From assembly GCA_050273025.1 (NCBI GenBank), contig CP158635.1, positions 124,001 through 188,000 on the forward strand: 64,000 bases of DNA, read 5' to 3'. Under the pieces are notes generated by a model. That model had not been told where the DNA came from and did not search any database. It saw nothing but the letters and a program-made list of their open reading frames with translations. The DNA comes from Cenococcum geophilum (lineage: Eukaryota). Positions 47,751-62,500 of this stretch are shown piece after piece (within the stretch, counting starts at the first letter, position 1; every line of letters starts with the position of its first letter). The translations under genes and the position numbers were made by a program.

Positions 47751-49039
47751 CCCTTATAAATTAAGTTAAATAAATTACGAAAACCATTTAATCCCTCTCT
47801 AATAGGTTTTATTTTAACTACCTCCAATCTAAAAAGATTTGCTATTGTAGGAGAACGCACTAAGAGCCACGTTAGGAGGGCCGACGTAGTAGGTAGGTAG
47901 GTAGGCGATAAGGGGAGATTAAAGAGGTAGATAGTATAATAGTAAAGATATAAGCAAGTATAGGGAGGTTGAGGATATATCGGGCGCGTCTTATAATAAG
48001 GAAATAGGTAAGGAGAAAAGTATAAGGAAGAAAGGTGCGAGCAAATGTAGGAAGGATTAAAAATTGGGCGCGGAAAAGTTAAGCCGATTTAATGTGGCTT
48101 AGACTAAGGCTTTATAGAGCTTAGTTAAATCCTAAGCTACAATAACCTAAAAGTGTAAGGAGGCAGCGTTTTCTAGTCATGCCTATTAGTTTTAGTTTAT
48201 TTTATAACGTGTAAGGCTCTTATATAGCGAGGCTAAAGGGCCTAAGTAGGTTAACTAAGGTTAGTTATATAAGCGCTAATAAATAATTATATAGCTAGTC
48301 CTAAAATAAGCTAAATCTAATATACCAAATACAGATATAGTTAACCTCTTTTTATAGCGGTTAACTGACCTATTCCTAAAAACAGGATTTAGTTTAGAAT
48401 TAAATCTAATTTTTAGAATTGCGACCTTTTTATAGTAGCTAATTAGCCTATATTTTAAACCGGAATTAGTAACTAGTCTTTAAAAGTCGCAATTTAAGCT
48501 AGAACTAAAAATATTATAGACACCAAGACTATTAAGCCGTTTGGCTTAATACTACAGCGACTTATAAAATCGGCTTCCCCTCTAACTACGCCGTTAAAAT
48601 TTTACCGCCCTAGAAGCAGATCTCTTAGCAATCGTCTTACTAAACTAAGTTAAGCGTTAAGCAACAGTGCGGTATTAAAGTATTTTTATTACCATAATAT
48701 ATTAGGTATATAAATTTAATAGCCTAAGCGCTAATATTATAAAATAAAGAGAAGGTAGATATAAGCGAGGCTAAGGTTAAAGACTAAAGTAGTAATAAAT
48801 AGCACATTCTTACACTATTAGTTATATATTTAGATATTACTATAAGTAATATAAAACAGGCATAGGATCTAGTTTACACTAAGCTATATAAACTTTAGGC
48901 CTAACTACAATCCCTTAAACCTTAACCCTACTTCTGTATCTAGCTAGCCTCTAGCTTAAACTCTATTTCTTTATATACACCTAATATATAACGGTAGGAG
49001 TATAAGCATAAGTAAATATAGATAGCGTGGTATTTAGTT

Positions 49040-49787
49040 AAATAGTACAAGGACGCAAGACAACAGTTAGCAAGAATTACTTTAGTACGCTTAATAGTAA
49101 AAATAGGCTAGTATAGACGCTTTATAAGTAGCAGAAGTATTAAAAAGTAAAAGAGATATTCCATTAAGCAGTATATAAGACAACAATCGGCAAGGATTAC
49201 TTTAGCACGCTTAATAGTAAACGTAGGCTAGTATAGACATTTTATAAGTAGCAGAAGTATTAAAAAGCAGAAGAGATATTCTGTTAAGCAGTATAAGGAT
49301 ATAAGACAACGGTTAGCAAGGATTACTTTTATATACTTAAGAGTAAAAATAGGCTAGTATAGATGCTTTATAAGCAGCAGAAGTATTAAAAAGTAAAAGA
49401 GATATTCCGTTAAGCGGTTTAAGGACATAAGATAACAGTTAGTAAGGATTACTTTAATATACTTAATAGTAAATATAGGCTAGCATAGACGCTTTATAAG
49501 CAGTATAAGTATTAAGAAGTAGAAAAGATATTCCGTTAAGCAGTATAAGAATATAAGATAATAGTTAGTAAGGATTACTTTAATACGCTTAATAGTAAAT
49601 ATAGGCTAGTATAGACGCTTTACAAATAGCAGAAGTATTAAGAAGTAGAAGAGATATTCCGTTAAGCGGTATAAGGATATAAAATAACGGTCGGCAAAGA
49701 TTACTTTAGTACGCTTAATAGCAAATATAGGCTAGTATAAACGCTTTATAAGCAGTATAAGTATTAAGAAGTAAAAGAGGTATTCTA
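49040..49787 (+). pseudogene. Array of ~6 x 126-bp (42-aa) TPR repeats of the fungal NLR/kinesin-light-chain type, RIP-killed, interrupted by Gypsy D copy 2
   Basis: Unit starts at ~49296, 49421, 49547 and 49673 (126-bp period). De-RIP unit QGRKTTVGKD(H/Y)F.TLDSK..LAQTLYKQQKY.EAEEMFRQAV. Confidence 0.8.
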
Positions 49788-52700
49788 TATTATGGACGCT
49801 TTAAGTATAATATTATAACTACTAGGAAAGAAGTTAGAAGCAGCTAGTTAGTTAATTAAGATACGGTTTAAGATAGAACTAGTAGAACTATATAATGAGG
49901 AATAGTAGCCAAGGTTATATAATATACTATATATTAAATAAGAGAAACGGGAAGAACTTACGTACCTTATATATAAGGCGTACCTTATGTATAAGGAGGA
50001 TTTCTTAGGAGTACGGTTGTGTATTTAAAGGACCACAGTCCCTACCTAAATAGTTCTTCTCTTTATAGTAAATCTTAGAATATAATTAGAGTTAATCTAT
50101 TTGGCAACTACTCTACTAGTTATTATTACGTTGTTAACTTCTTATTTACCTATATACCTAGCCTATTAATAAGTTTACCCTAGTTCCTGCTACAAGGCTT
50201 CGTTATATATTCACTACTAAGGTTATAGTATTAACAAAGTTAAACAATATACTACTAAAAGCAGTAGCCATAATAGCGTTAATGGCAGCAACTACATCGG
50301 GATTAGGTAACGACACTAGTATAGCAGATACTAACTCGCAACTAGTTACCGTTAGACAGCTATAAGAAATAGTTAATTAATTAACAGATAATAATAGGAT
50401 ACTTAAAGAAAGGATTAATGGCATCGGAGCAGCTAAGGTTAAGTTACCCTTAATTAAACAATTCTTAGAAGAGAAGTTAAAGCTTAAAGAATTCCTTACG
50501 TAAATACACTTTAAGGTTATATAGGAAGGAGTTAAACTAAGAACACCTATAGATTAAGTTGCTTACGCAGGATTGTTCTTAACGGAAAGGGCACTTAAGT
50601 GGTTTAAACCTTACCTTATGGAGGTATAGGAGTATAGTATAATAACCACTAACCAGGAGGTATAGTATATATTCTTAAGTTAAAACAGGTTTACGGAATA
50701 ATTAATATAAATATTTAGAAACCCGGAGGCAACTACTACGGTAAAGAGAAAACTTTAAAACCTAGTATAAAGAACTTCAGTAATTAAATATATAACGTAG
50801 TTTTAAATATTAGTAATATAGGTTGAATAGAATAATAAGGCGTTTATAGCACAGTATAAATAAGGACTTAAGGTAAAAGTCTAGTATATAATTATCCTAA
50901 TAGAAGATGCGGATACTCTTAGGGATTTAATTAATTAAGTAATTAAGATTAATAATAGGATTTACCAAAGAGAGCAGACTAAGAAGGGTTAGGATAGAGT
51001 TCTATAGTTATATAAGGCGTAGGGTATATAATAATAAAGCTAAAACTAAAGACTATAGTATAGCGCAGAGCTAATAGACCTAAGTAGTACTAAAGAAAAT
51101 AGAAAATGGAATAAATAATTATAGAAACCTAGGAGACAAGGATTAAGTAATTAAAGGTTTAAGGAGTAGAGGCTAAACTAGGAATCTTAGTAGTAGAAGA
51201 TATTTAGACGGACTCTATAGCAAGAAAAATAGTTTAAAGAAGGAGCTTATATAAATTATAAAAAATAGGGTTACTATATTAAAGACTATAGAAGTAGTTA
51301 GAGTTACTATATAGTAAAAGGAACGAGACTAGTGGACAACATATACGTATAAAATGACGATAGTGCACTATAAGGAATAAAAGAATATTCAATTAAGAGT
51401 TTCGCGTTTTATTATAATAATACATACCAAATTTATAAGGATGCTAAGTATAGCGTAAGCTATTAGCCGTAAGAGCCAAAATTATTGGAGTTTAGAGGAA
51501 CCAACAAACTAGTTTATAGATTGGATATTAAGGACGATAAATTTAATATAGGTAAAATATTTAGTAATAGTAAGGTAATAAAGGCAGCTTATTTGGAGTA
51601 TATAGACCTTAGAGATATTATAAAAGAGGTAAAGAATAATTCCACTACAGAATAGGGAATATTAGTAGGGGTTAAGACCCCACTAGATATAATGTCTATT
51701 GCTTTATAAAATATAAGAGAAATAGGATAGCGAACTATTTTGGCACTTAATAAAGGCAAAAGGCCATAGGCTTAAGATTCTTAGGAAGAGATATAAGATA
51801 ACTAAGATTCTTAAAATAAGATAAGGTAAGCTTAAGGACCTATAATAGATAATAACCAATAGAGTAGAGTAACGGCTTAGTTTAGTAATATATAAATAAG
51901 CTTAGGACGAAGTTTCCTAAAGGTATAAGATTCTTAAGACGAGATAAGTAAGATTTAAGACTTTTAAAATAAGATAAGAACACTATAGAAGCCTAGTTAA
52001 ACTAAGGCAGGAGCTAAGCTTAAGAGAGAAATAAGCTTAAAATTAAGAATCCTATAAAACTAAGATTTTAGTAATAGAATAAGGACTATTAAAGAAATTG
52101 CAAGTAAAGCTCGGTAATAGAATTAAAATATTAATACTATAATTAAGAAGTAAGAGAGCTTTAAGGATCTACTTATAAGATATAAACTAAAAGAAACTAT
52201 AGAAGAATTTAGGTAAAGAATTATCGCATAGTAAGAGTAGAAACTAGATAAGAGATTTAGTATGCTAGGTTGTATAAGGGATAGAGTACCTATATAAAGA
52301 ATTACTAATAGGCCTAAGGCAGGCATACTAAGAGCTAAGTAGCTTATTAAACTAGAAAACGAAAAGGATTTAGGGATCCCTACTAGATTTAAAGAATAAT
52401 ATATAAAGGGCTATTATAACGTAGTAATAAAAAGATACTTCCTTACGGACAAGCTATATATACTTTAGTAACTGTACTAAAAGTAGTATAGACAGCGATA
52501 TAACAATAAGTAGGAAGATTTTTATATATAGTTAGATAAGTAAGTTATTTAGGACCACCTAATTATAGAGAAGGCCATAACTTATATTAAAGGAGCCTTA
52601 ATTATAATGTTAAAGGATTTAGAGAAATGATTAGAGGACTAGAGAAGCAAGAAACGCATCTTAGTACCCGCGAATAAAGTTATAACATTTAGATTAATAC

Positions 52701-53590
52701 GGTAAAGGTTTAAACTTAAAGATAAAAATAAGTTAAGAGTTAACCTAAAGCACCTAGCACACTATATACTATTATAGATTATATATATAGACAATATATA
52801 CGAAATGCATAAAAATCTAAAAGAAAAGAATTGGAAATAACTAAAAAGATTCCTTACGGAAGAATACTTAAATAAATAATAGTAATAGAAATACCTAGAG
52901 AATATATATCTATGGTATATTAAAGATAAAAAGCGAACTAAATATTAGCTAAAGAATAAGCTAAGTGCAATAGGATTAAACAGCTAATAGGTAGGAAAAG
53001 TAGAGGCCTATAGGACTAGAGGGAGCTAGTAGTAGAGCCTTAGACCCTTAAAGGAATTTAAGGACAATACCTAAATTTATAAGTTAATTAGTAAGATTAA
53101 TAGTTTAAAGCACTAATAGATAGTAAAGTAACGAGAAACTATATCTTATTAGTAGCGGTTAAAAGAATAGGGTTACCTTATAGACAAAAGGAGCAACCTT
53201 ATATATTAGTAACTATTTTAAGAGATCTAATAGCCTATAGAGAAAGCATTATTAACCTTAAAACAGGACCTATTTAGATAACCATTAAAGGAAGATAAAT
53301 TAAAATGTCTTTTAATATCCTACTATTAGGACGGGATAAGGCAGTATTAAGAATGCCTTAGTTATAGGAATATAATTTAAGGATCAATTAGATTATAAGT
53401 TAGGTCGATATTAGGGATACTTAGCAACGTAAAATATAATAGCAAACTAAGTTAGTATAGTATTAAGTTAGAGCGATATATAAAGAGACTAAGCAAGGCT
53501 TAAGTTATATATTAAAGAGATACTATAAGTATAGTAAGAAACTATAGAGCCTAAAAAGTAAAAAGCTAGTAAATTATATAGTATAGGACT
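49788..53590 (+). mobile_element. Gypsy family D, copy 2 (5' LTR 49788-50207, gag, protease), interrupted at 53590 by a Copia element
   Basis: Homologous to the reverse complement of ~35475-39478. Homology stops abruptly where a TG-starting sequence begins at 53591. Confidence 0.9.
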
Positions 53591-56500
53591 TGTATAGTTA
53601 TAGCACCTAGTATACAAACGCGTATTTACGCGTTCGTGTATTAACTACCTACGTACTAACTAATTAGGGGGGGGGGCGCGTCAGTATATAGACTACGTAG
53701 TCTACCTTAATAGAATCGACAGTTACCACTATCCTAAAGAGTATACAATACTATACGTATTTCGTGCCCCGGGATATAACTCACTTATGCTATTAAATTA
53801 GTATAAACACAGATTAGTAAGCGCGTACAGATTAGCAATCACTCGACACCTCCTACTAAGCGATACTCAACAGCGACCACCCATTTAGACTCCTAGTACA
53901 ACCTACTAAAAGGTTGGAAGTTAGGGATTACAGACTATTACTAACTCTATATACTTATTTAAGTCTTAATACAGTTTACTAGAAGTTTATAAACGCGAAT
54001 ACAGACCTTTATAGAACCCCCTATCCTTAACCCCCTTAAACCTTAAACCTCTTCAGACCTTATGGAAACCCCCTACCCTTTTACAAACCGTTACGGACCC
54101 GTTAATTGCCTTTACGGACTATTATAAGACCTCTTAAACTATTACGGACTTGTTAATCGATTTTACGGACCGTTATAAGACCTCCTCCGCCCGCTATAAG
54201 CTACTACTATTACGGCACTAGCAGAACTTGGTAGAACTACGCACCGGCAAGTTGCCACCGATTGCCGCATATTGCGGTCACGTGACGCGAAGATCGTATA
54301 TAGCTTCGAGCGGCGCTCCCCTTCTTCTCCTTTCCTTTCTTTAGCTTTAGATTCTCGTTTATAGACAATCCAATCGTACAGGCTTGCGCGACCCTTTTGC
54401 CGTGCTTATATCTCGATTAACTAAGTCACTAACATTATCTAAAGCTTACTCTACTCTTTCTTCCTAAGAAGGAACTTAAATATATCTACAAAAACACAGA
54501 ATAGGACCCTAAGGACATTACTAGGACCACAAGGACAGGACCTAAAAGAAAAGAATAAAACCCTAAGGAAAGGACCTATAAGATATACACAGACCAGAAC
54601 TCCTAAAGAAATTACCCGGAATTACCTAACACCCCTACCACCATGCCACAAACTATAGTAGCGGGTAAAGTAGCTGCAGGACCCTTAAATACTTTAGACA
54701 AAGAAACAATTAACGTTTTAACCCCCTAGGCGGAGCTTACGGCTACTAATACCAAAATTAAACAATTGCGAGAGCTGCTTAAAGCTAGAGATACCCCTAT
54801 ATCTAATAATAAGTCATTATTAGACAACTAAAGACTTACTATAGTCCTTTAGGCTCTATTTTAGCGCCTTAGTAGATCTACCGAGGCCTATATAGCACTA
54901 AAGCGGTCAGCAAAGGTCGCGGACCCCCCACTACTTATAGACAAAACCGACCCTATATTTAATAATTGGAAGCTTTAATTATAGGATAAGCTTAAAGTTA
55001 ATATAGACTACTTCCCTAACGCCTAAGCTAGAATAGCTTACGTCTTCGGCCGTACTAGCGGAGACGCCCAGACGTATTTACGCTTACAATATACTAAAGA
55101 CTTAGCAGACCCCTTTATCTCTAAAGAAGAAATAATTAAATACTTATCTTCTATTTATAAAGACCCTTTTAAAGTATAAAACGCCTGCCTTAGCTATAAA
55201 AGCCTAAATATAAAAACAACAGAGACCTTTTTAGCCTTTTAAACCCGCTTTCTATACCTAGCCGGATAGGCCTAGATCCCCTAAAAAGACCTACTACCAG
55301 ACCTCTTTAATAAGCTTACCCTAGACCTATAGCGGGCTATATTACTAGCTTATACTATAGTATAGACGTTAAAGGAACTTACGGACTATTACCTAGCTAT
55401 TAACTAAGGCCTTTATTAAACTAAGGCACACGCCAACTAGCTAAAAACTAAAAACTTTATAAACTAGGCCGTAAGTACTGCGAGTATAGCCTATAGTGCC
55501 CTAGCATAATTAGCAACTCCTATAGCTAACCTAATAGCTAGCCGCGCAGCTACCCCTACTACGGGCCTAGTATACACCCGGCCTATATACAGCGACCCCT
55601 ATATATAGGCCCTCAGCAATTAAGGAGCTTACTTCTTATACGGTTAAATAGGCTACCCTATAAGGAACTACCTAATAAAGGCAAGAACAAACGAGGTCCT
55701 GTTAATTTAGGAGGATAGTATAGAGCCGGAAAAAGAGGAACCCTAAAGGAAGACTCCTCTCTAGGGTTAAAAGGGATTAATATATTATATATTAATCTAG
55801 GTCGGCTAGTTAGTAGAAGAAGCTACACTATCCCTTATACTTTATTTCGTAATAGATATTAAGTTTTAACCTCTACTTTAGCTAACTTAGGAGTAAATGC
55901 CTTTACCTTAATTAACACAAAGTGCGCTATAAAACTGGCTGACTTTTTAAATATACCCCTTAAAGAACTGCCTAAACTAATCCCTATTTGCGGTTATAAC
56001 GGACGGATAGGGCTACCTATTATAACTATCTTATAGATCTACCTCCGCGTTAACGGACGAAGGTAGTATAACATCCCCTTTCTTATTACGGACTTAGGAA
56101 GCTATAATATAATCTTAAAAAGAAATTAGCTAGCCTATTTAGGCTTGCAGCTTAAAGTACGGAGTAGACGGCTTATCTAGCCTAAAACTCTACCCCTAAC
56201 CCCTTCCTTTATAAAAGAAATTAGCATTATAATAGAAAACCTTATACGGCCCTAGATCAATACTATTTACTAGGCCGATGCTATACGCAGAGACCAGGCC
56301 TTTAAGAAGGACGTACAGCTTAACCCGCAACGGATCCGTATACTACGCCGCCCTCAGACTACTTATATTACGCCACCCGCACCAAAGACCTAGAAAGTTA
56401 GTAATAACCTAGCTAAGTTCCCTATAGAGAACCCTATAAAGCTATAAAGGAAAGTTAGGGATATTGGACGCTATACTAAACTAATAGATAGGAAGGACAA

Positions 56501-59500
56501 CTTATGGAAAATAGAACGTAAGCTAAGGAAGACTATAAACCCTATACCGTAAACTACAGCCTAACGGACGCTAAAGAAACCTACGGACCTCCTACTAGTT
56601 AATATCTGCTGTATTAGCGCTATAGGATTTTACTAGAACCTAGTTTAGCCTAATACTATTACCTTTACAACTAGCCTATATAAAATTAACTAAATAATTA
56701 AGAAAAAGGAAAGCGAGCTTAGTGGATAGGAAAGCGGGCTTATGGATAAAGAATTAGTGGAGTAAAAACTACCTAATTAATACTGGAAATTTAAGGATGT
56801 ATTCTCTAAGGCAGCGTCTAATATGCTTTTACCCCACTAACTATATAACTATAAGATCGAGATTGAGCAAGATAAGGGAAGCACCCTTAGCTTTAGCCCT
56901 CTTTACCTATAGTCTATTGCTAAATAATAGGCTATAAAGTAGTACCTTATCAATAACCTAAATAAGGGCTTTATTGAGCCTAGCTAAGCCCCTTTTAACT
57001 TACCTATTCTCTTTATTAAAAAGCTAAATAGAGGACTGCGCTTCTATATTAACTACTATAAGCTAAATAATATAACCCGCAAGGACCGCTACCCGCTACC
57101 CTTATTTAATAAGACTCTTACCCAAATATATAGAGCTAAGGTTTTTATAAAGCTTAATATCCGCTAGGCCTTTTACTAAATTAGGATAAACCCTAAGTCT
57201 AAAAATCTTACTATATTCTAAACCCGTTACGGGATATATAAATATAAGGTACTTCCTTTTAAACTAACTAACGGACTAGCTACGTACCAGCGGTATATAA
57301 ATAATGTACTCTTTAACTACCTTAACGACTTCTATACGGCCTATTTAGATAATATTATAATCTACTTGGAGAATAAACTAAAACATAAGGAGTACGTCTA
57401 TAAAGTCCTATAATAGCTCCGCAAAGCTGGCCTCTAGGCCGATATTAAGAAGTTAGAATTTAGTGTTAAGCGTATAAAGTACCTAGGTTTTATTATTAGC
57501 ACAGATAGAATTAAGGCCAACCTAGAGAAAACGACCGCAATTAACTAGTAGACGCCCCCACGGACCGTAAAGGGGGTGTAATTATTTTTAAGTTTCTATA
57601 ACTTCTACTAACGCTTTATTAAGAACTACAGCAGGATTACCTAGCCTCTTAACCGCCTTACTAGGAAAGACTAGCCCTTTTACTTTAACGCCATATATAT
57701 ACAGGCCTTTAATAAGCTTAAAAAACGGCTAGTGTTGGCCCCCTTACTTGCCTACTTTAACCTAGAACGGCCCTTAATGCTAGAAACTAATGCCTTAAAC
57801 AGCGTAATAGCCGGTATTTTTTCCTAGAAGTAACCGGATGGAGAATAGCACCCTATTATATACTATTTAAAGACTATAATAGATGCTAAACTAAACTACT
57901 ATATCTATAATAAAGAAATGCTGGCTATTATCTTTAGCTTTTAGCACTGGCGTACCTAGCTAGAGGGGACCCCTAAACCTATTAAAGTAGTATTAGATTA
58001 TAAGGCCCTAGAATACTTTATAACAACTAAGGCCCTTATAGCCTAGTAGGCACGCTAGGCGGATGTCTTATCTTAGTTTAACTTCTTAATTATATATAAA
58101 CTAGGCGCTACGAACCGTGCGGATGCTCTTACTAGGCGCAAATAAGACTTAGGTAACTATATGGCTGTGAAGATCTTATTACGGACCTAGATGCTACTAT
58201 AACTAGAGCACCTTAACCCCTAAATATAGGCAGAACTAAGTACAGACTCCTTAGGCGCCAAGATATATCCTATTAACCCTTTAGGACTTAACTTAATTAA
58301 TAAATCGCTATAGATAAACCGTACGGCCCCTTCTCTATAGAAGTACCGTAAAAAGGCAAAGAATGTTACCAGCCTATAGTCCCTTAAAAAGGGATTACTT
58401 AAGCATTAGGAATGGCTGGTAGTGGTAAAGGAACAGAACTTACGGACTTAGCTTATTGCTAAAGTATATACCTAGGTCTCTACGGCCTACTTTAGAAAGA
58501 ATAAGACCCGCAGGATTATTGGCGACCGCTACTACTGGCCCAGAATGGTTATAGATATTAACCGCTATGTACGGAACTGTAACGACTGCTATAGGTCTAT
58601 AATCCCACGAGATAAGACCCTAGGACTATTAAAACCCCTTTTAATACCTGACCGCCCCTAGTAATATATCTCTATAGACTTTTATAAGCTACCTTTAGAC
58701 CGTGACGGATATAATATAGTTATAATCCTAGTAAACCGCTTTGGCAAGCGCCCGTTCTTAATTCCCTATTATAAGAATATTAATGCTAAAGAGGCAGCCT
58801 AACTATATATTTACTACGTCTACCAAATTTACGGACTACTAGACACTATTATATCCGACTATAGGCCGCAGTTTATATCAGCCTTTTAGAATAAGTTTAC
58901 CCAAATCTTAGGCATTAAGCTAAAGCTTTCTATAGTATATTACCCCTAGATAGACGGTTAAACGGAGATTATAAATTAATACTTGGACCAGAGGCTCTGG
59001 CCTTTTGTTAACTACTTCTAGGATAACTAGGCCGAACTATTGCCCTTAATAAACTACGCCTAAGCGACCCTACCCCACGACTCTACCGGATTTGCCCCTA
59101 TTTAACTAGAAATAGGTTACCTACCCCGTATAAGCTTTAACTGGGAAAGACTAGAAGGGCCCCAGACTATACGCGAAAAACTATCTTATAAGGAAGCCTA
59201 GTAGTACGCTAAGCGCTTAGAATAAGCCTAGAAAGTAGCCTATATAAACCTAAAAAAGGCCCAGAAATTAATAAAATAGTAGGTAAATAAGCATAGGCGC
59301 GAACCTAACTTTACTATAGGTGATATAGTCTAGGTTATAATAAAGAACTAAAAGATAGAACGGCCTAGCTATAAGCTAGACTATAAGATAGTAGGACTAT
59401 ATAAGATTCTTAATAAAGTAGGCAACTCGTATAAGGTTAAGCTCCCAGACTTAATTAAAGTTCACCCTATCTTCTTACCGGATAAGCTATAGAAAGCTGT

Positions 59501-62500
59501 AAATAACCTACTACCTAGATAAAAGAATAAACCTCCCCTGCTAATTTAAGTTAACAATAATAATAAATGGGAAATTAAAGAAATACTAGCCTATAAACTT
59601 GTAAAGGGAACGTTAAAGTATTATATTAGTTGGAAAGGATATGACCCGGACCCCACTTAGTACCCTATATAGAACTTTATAGATAGCCCCTATAAGCTTT
59701 AGGAGTTCTATAGCCGTTACCCTAATAAACCCGGACCGCTAAAGTACCTAGATAAGTAGATAGAATGCTAGTATAATAAAGACGATAAGCTACTAGAAGA
59801 ATATAAGGACAAAAACGCCCTAGAAATTTCTTAGTTATATAAGGTGTTAAGATATTTAGGAACTTCGACTGGCGGTTAAAGTTGTCTAATTAGTTAGATT
59901 CTTTTACTAAGACTTTTAGCGGCAAAGCCTAAGGGCAGGCTTTTTTAGAGGGGGGGGTAATATTACGGCACTGGTAGAACTTAGCAGAACTACGTACCGG
60001 CAAGTTGCTACCAATTGCCGTATATTGCGGTCACGTGACGCGAAGATCGTATATAGCTTCGAGCGGCGCTCCCCTTCTTCTCCTTTTCTTTCTTTAGCTT
60101 TAGATTCTCGTTTATAGACAATCCAATCGTACAAGCTTACGCGACCCTTTTGCTGTGCTTATATCTCGATTGACTAAGTCGCTAACAACTACTACCTACT
60201 ACAGCTTATATAGATATACTACGCTATATAATATAGCAGATATAACTAAGCAAATTAGTAAAGGTTAAAAGAAGTAGAGTTAGGGGGTCGACCTTACGTC
60301 TACGGATAGCGTTAACAACTATATTAATTTTAAAATCCTTAAATACAGATACTATAAGCTTCTAAATAACAACCTATAGGAGTAATATAAGGAAGACTTT
60401 GTGGACTTTACGGAAGCTATTCTTAAGGCTTTTAGCCCTACTGCTATCTATAACCTACGAACCCTTTTACATTACTAAGGTATATAGATTAAAAAGGAAA
60501 AATAAGTTACTATTGCATGGTCCTTATATAATATAATATAGGAGGAGGACCAAACGGAATAGACTAAAGAGGAAATCCTAAACTAGGTTAAAGCTACTAA
60601 TAAACTCTTTACTTCTTCTAAACTTAATAGCATCGCTAGCCTTATACCTAACCTACTTAACTAAATTTGTTCTATAAACCTAAGCGATTTTAGAATTAAT
60701 CTTACGGGCTAAAAAATACCTAGTACTTAAGTTACGGACCGTAATACCCCCGTAAAATAAATACGGACTAAAACCCTCCCATTGCCTAAGCTATAGATCT
60801 ATAACCTACCTAAGTTATAAATCCGTAAACTACCTAAGTAAAGACCTATAGCAAGGAGCTAGCTAACCTAGCTAAGCTCTATACTAACGAATCCAAGTAT
60901 AGCGGTGAAAATAATAACTTTAACTTTAAACTAACTATCTTTATAAACCTCTGTCAGAAGGCTAATATTCCTAAATAGAAGTTTAGCTAAGCCTACTCTA
61001 CTATACTACGCGGCCTAGCCCTTAACCACTACTACACTAACCTTAAAAGCAACCCCCTTAGTATTCCCTTTAATAAGCTATATAAAGCTATACGCAACTA
61101 CTTTAAAGGACTAGAATATAAGTGTAATATCCTTACCTAATAGAATACAACTAAGTTATAGACCGTAATAGATAAGAATACTAAAAAATCGACTATAGAG
61201 TGCCTGTAAATCCTTATTAAAGACCTCCGCCACCTATAGCACAGTCTTAATATTAAGCTTAAACGGACGACTTCCTGTATAATAAACTTATTACAGCTTA
61301 CTAGGAAATAGAACCCTATAAATACGCCTATTACAAGCCCGTAGACACCATAGCTGGCCTTATTAACGATTTACAGTCCTCTATTATAACGTATAAAGCC
61401 TTAAACCCGCTAGGTAGTACTTAAGCCTTCATTACGGACCTATAAAATCCGTAAACTAACTTAGATGCCTACTTTACGGACCGCCACTACTACTAGCAGC
61501 ACCCGCATCGACCAGGTCCTACCCGTAACCCCTATAGTAACTCCCATATAAAAGTATACCCCTGTAGACAAACTAGCTAGAAGTGCTTTATATACGGTAA
61601 GGAAGGATATTAATCTATAAGGCATACCTAGAAAGAACATAATAAGTCTAAAAAGAGATTTAATAATTGGATTAACTAGTTTATTTTAGACTATAAAGGA
61701 AAGGAAGCAGAGGAGTCTTTTAACAAGTTAATGGAAGCCCTTATAATCGACTTTAACTTAGATACTTAGAAATAGGAGACCTTAGAGACGTTTCTAACTA
61801 CTTTTAGACCTTTTACGGACGGCTGAGCCTTTAATATTACAACCGTATTAGCCCACCGCTCCTTTATACACTTAATTACACCCAAAAACCAGCCCGTAAG
61901 CATATCTATTAGACCTATTACGGATATTATAGACCGCGAACAGGACCTATTTGTATATATTACTACAGAACGCTATACCCCTAAAGAATTCTACAGCGTT
62001 ATAATTAATATAGGTGCCTTTAAGAAGTCTACTATAGGTTACGGACAATACCTTATATATAAAACCACCACAAATAACAATACGGACATTAATACTATGC
62101 AAACTAGGGCCGTAAATGTCCAATTCGGCATTAGCTTAACAGCATTAATTAGATTAGTTAAAGTCAAAACTCCAATTAGCCTAGTTAACTTCCATATAGT
62201 AAAAGCGGATATATCTTTCCTACTCTGCCTTACGGATATAGACAGGTTATAGGTCTACTATAACAACGTTATAGACACCTTAATTAGCCCTATAACTAAC
62301 CTAGGAAGTAAGTATATTACCCTACTAATTATACAACGATTTAGACACCCGTTCCTTATATAGGGAGAGACTTTACGGACCTATATTTAGGAATCTTTTA
62401 ACTATAACCTATACTACCTTACCAGTACTGAAATCCACTACCTATACTACTGTTTTAGCTACCTGTTAGCCGAAAAGCTATATAGAGTCCTTAAACACTC

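Noticed and set aside
49040..49787. Possible CRISPR-like or centromeric satellite array
   Set aside because: No unique spacers, eukaryotic context, and the 126-bp unit translates as a TPR repeat.
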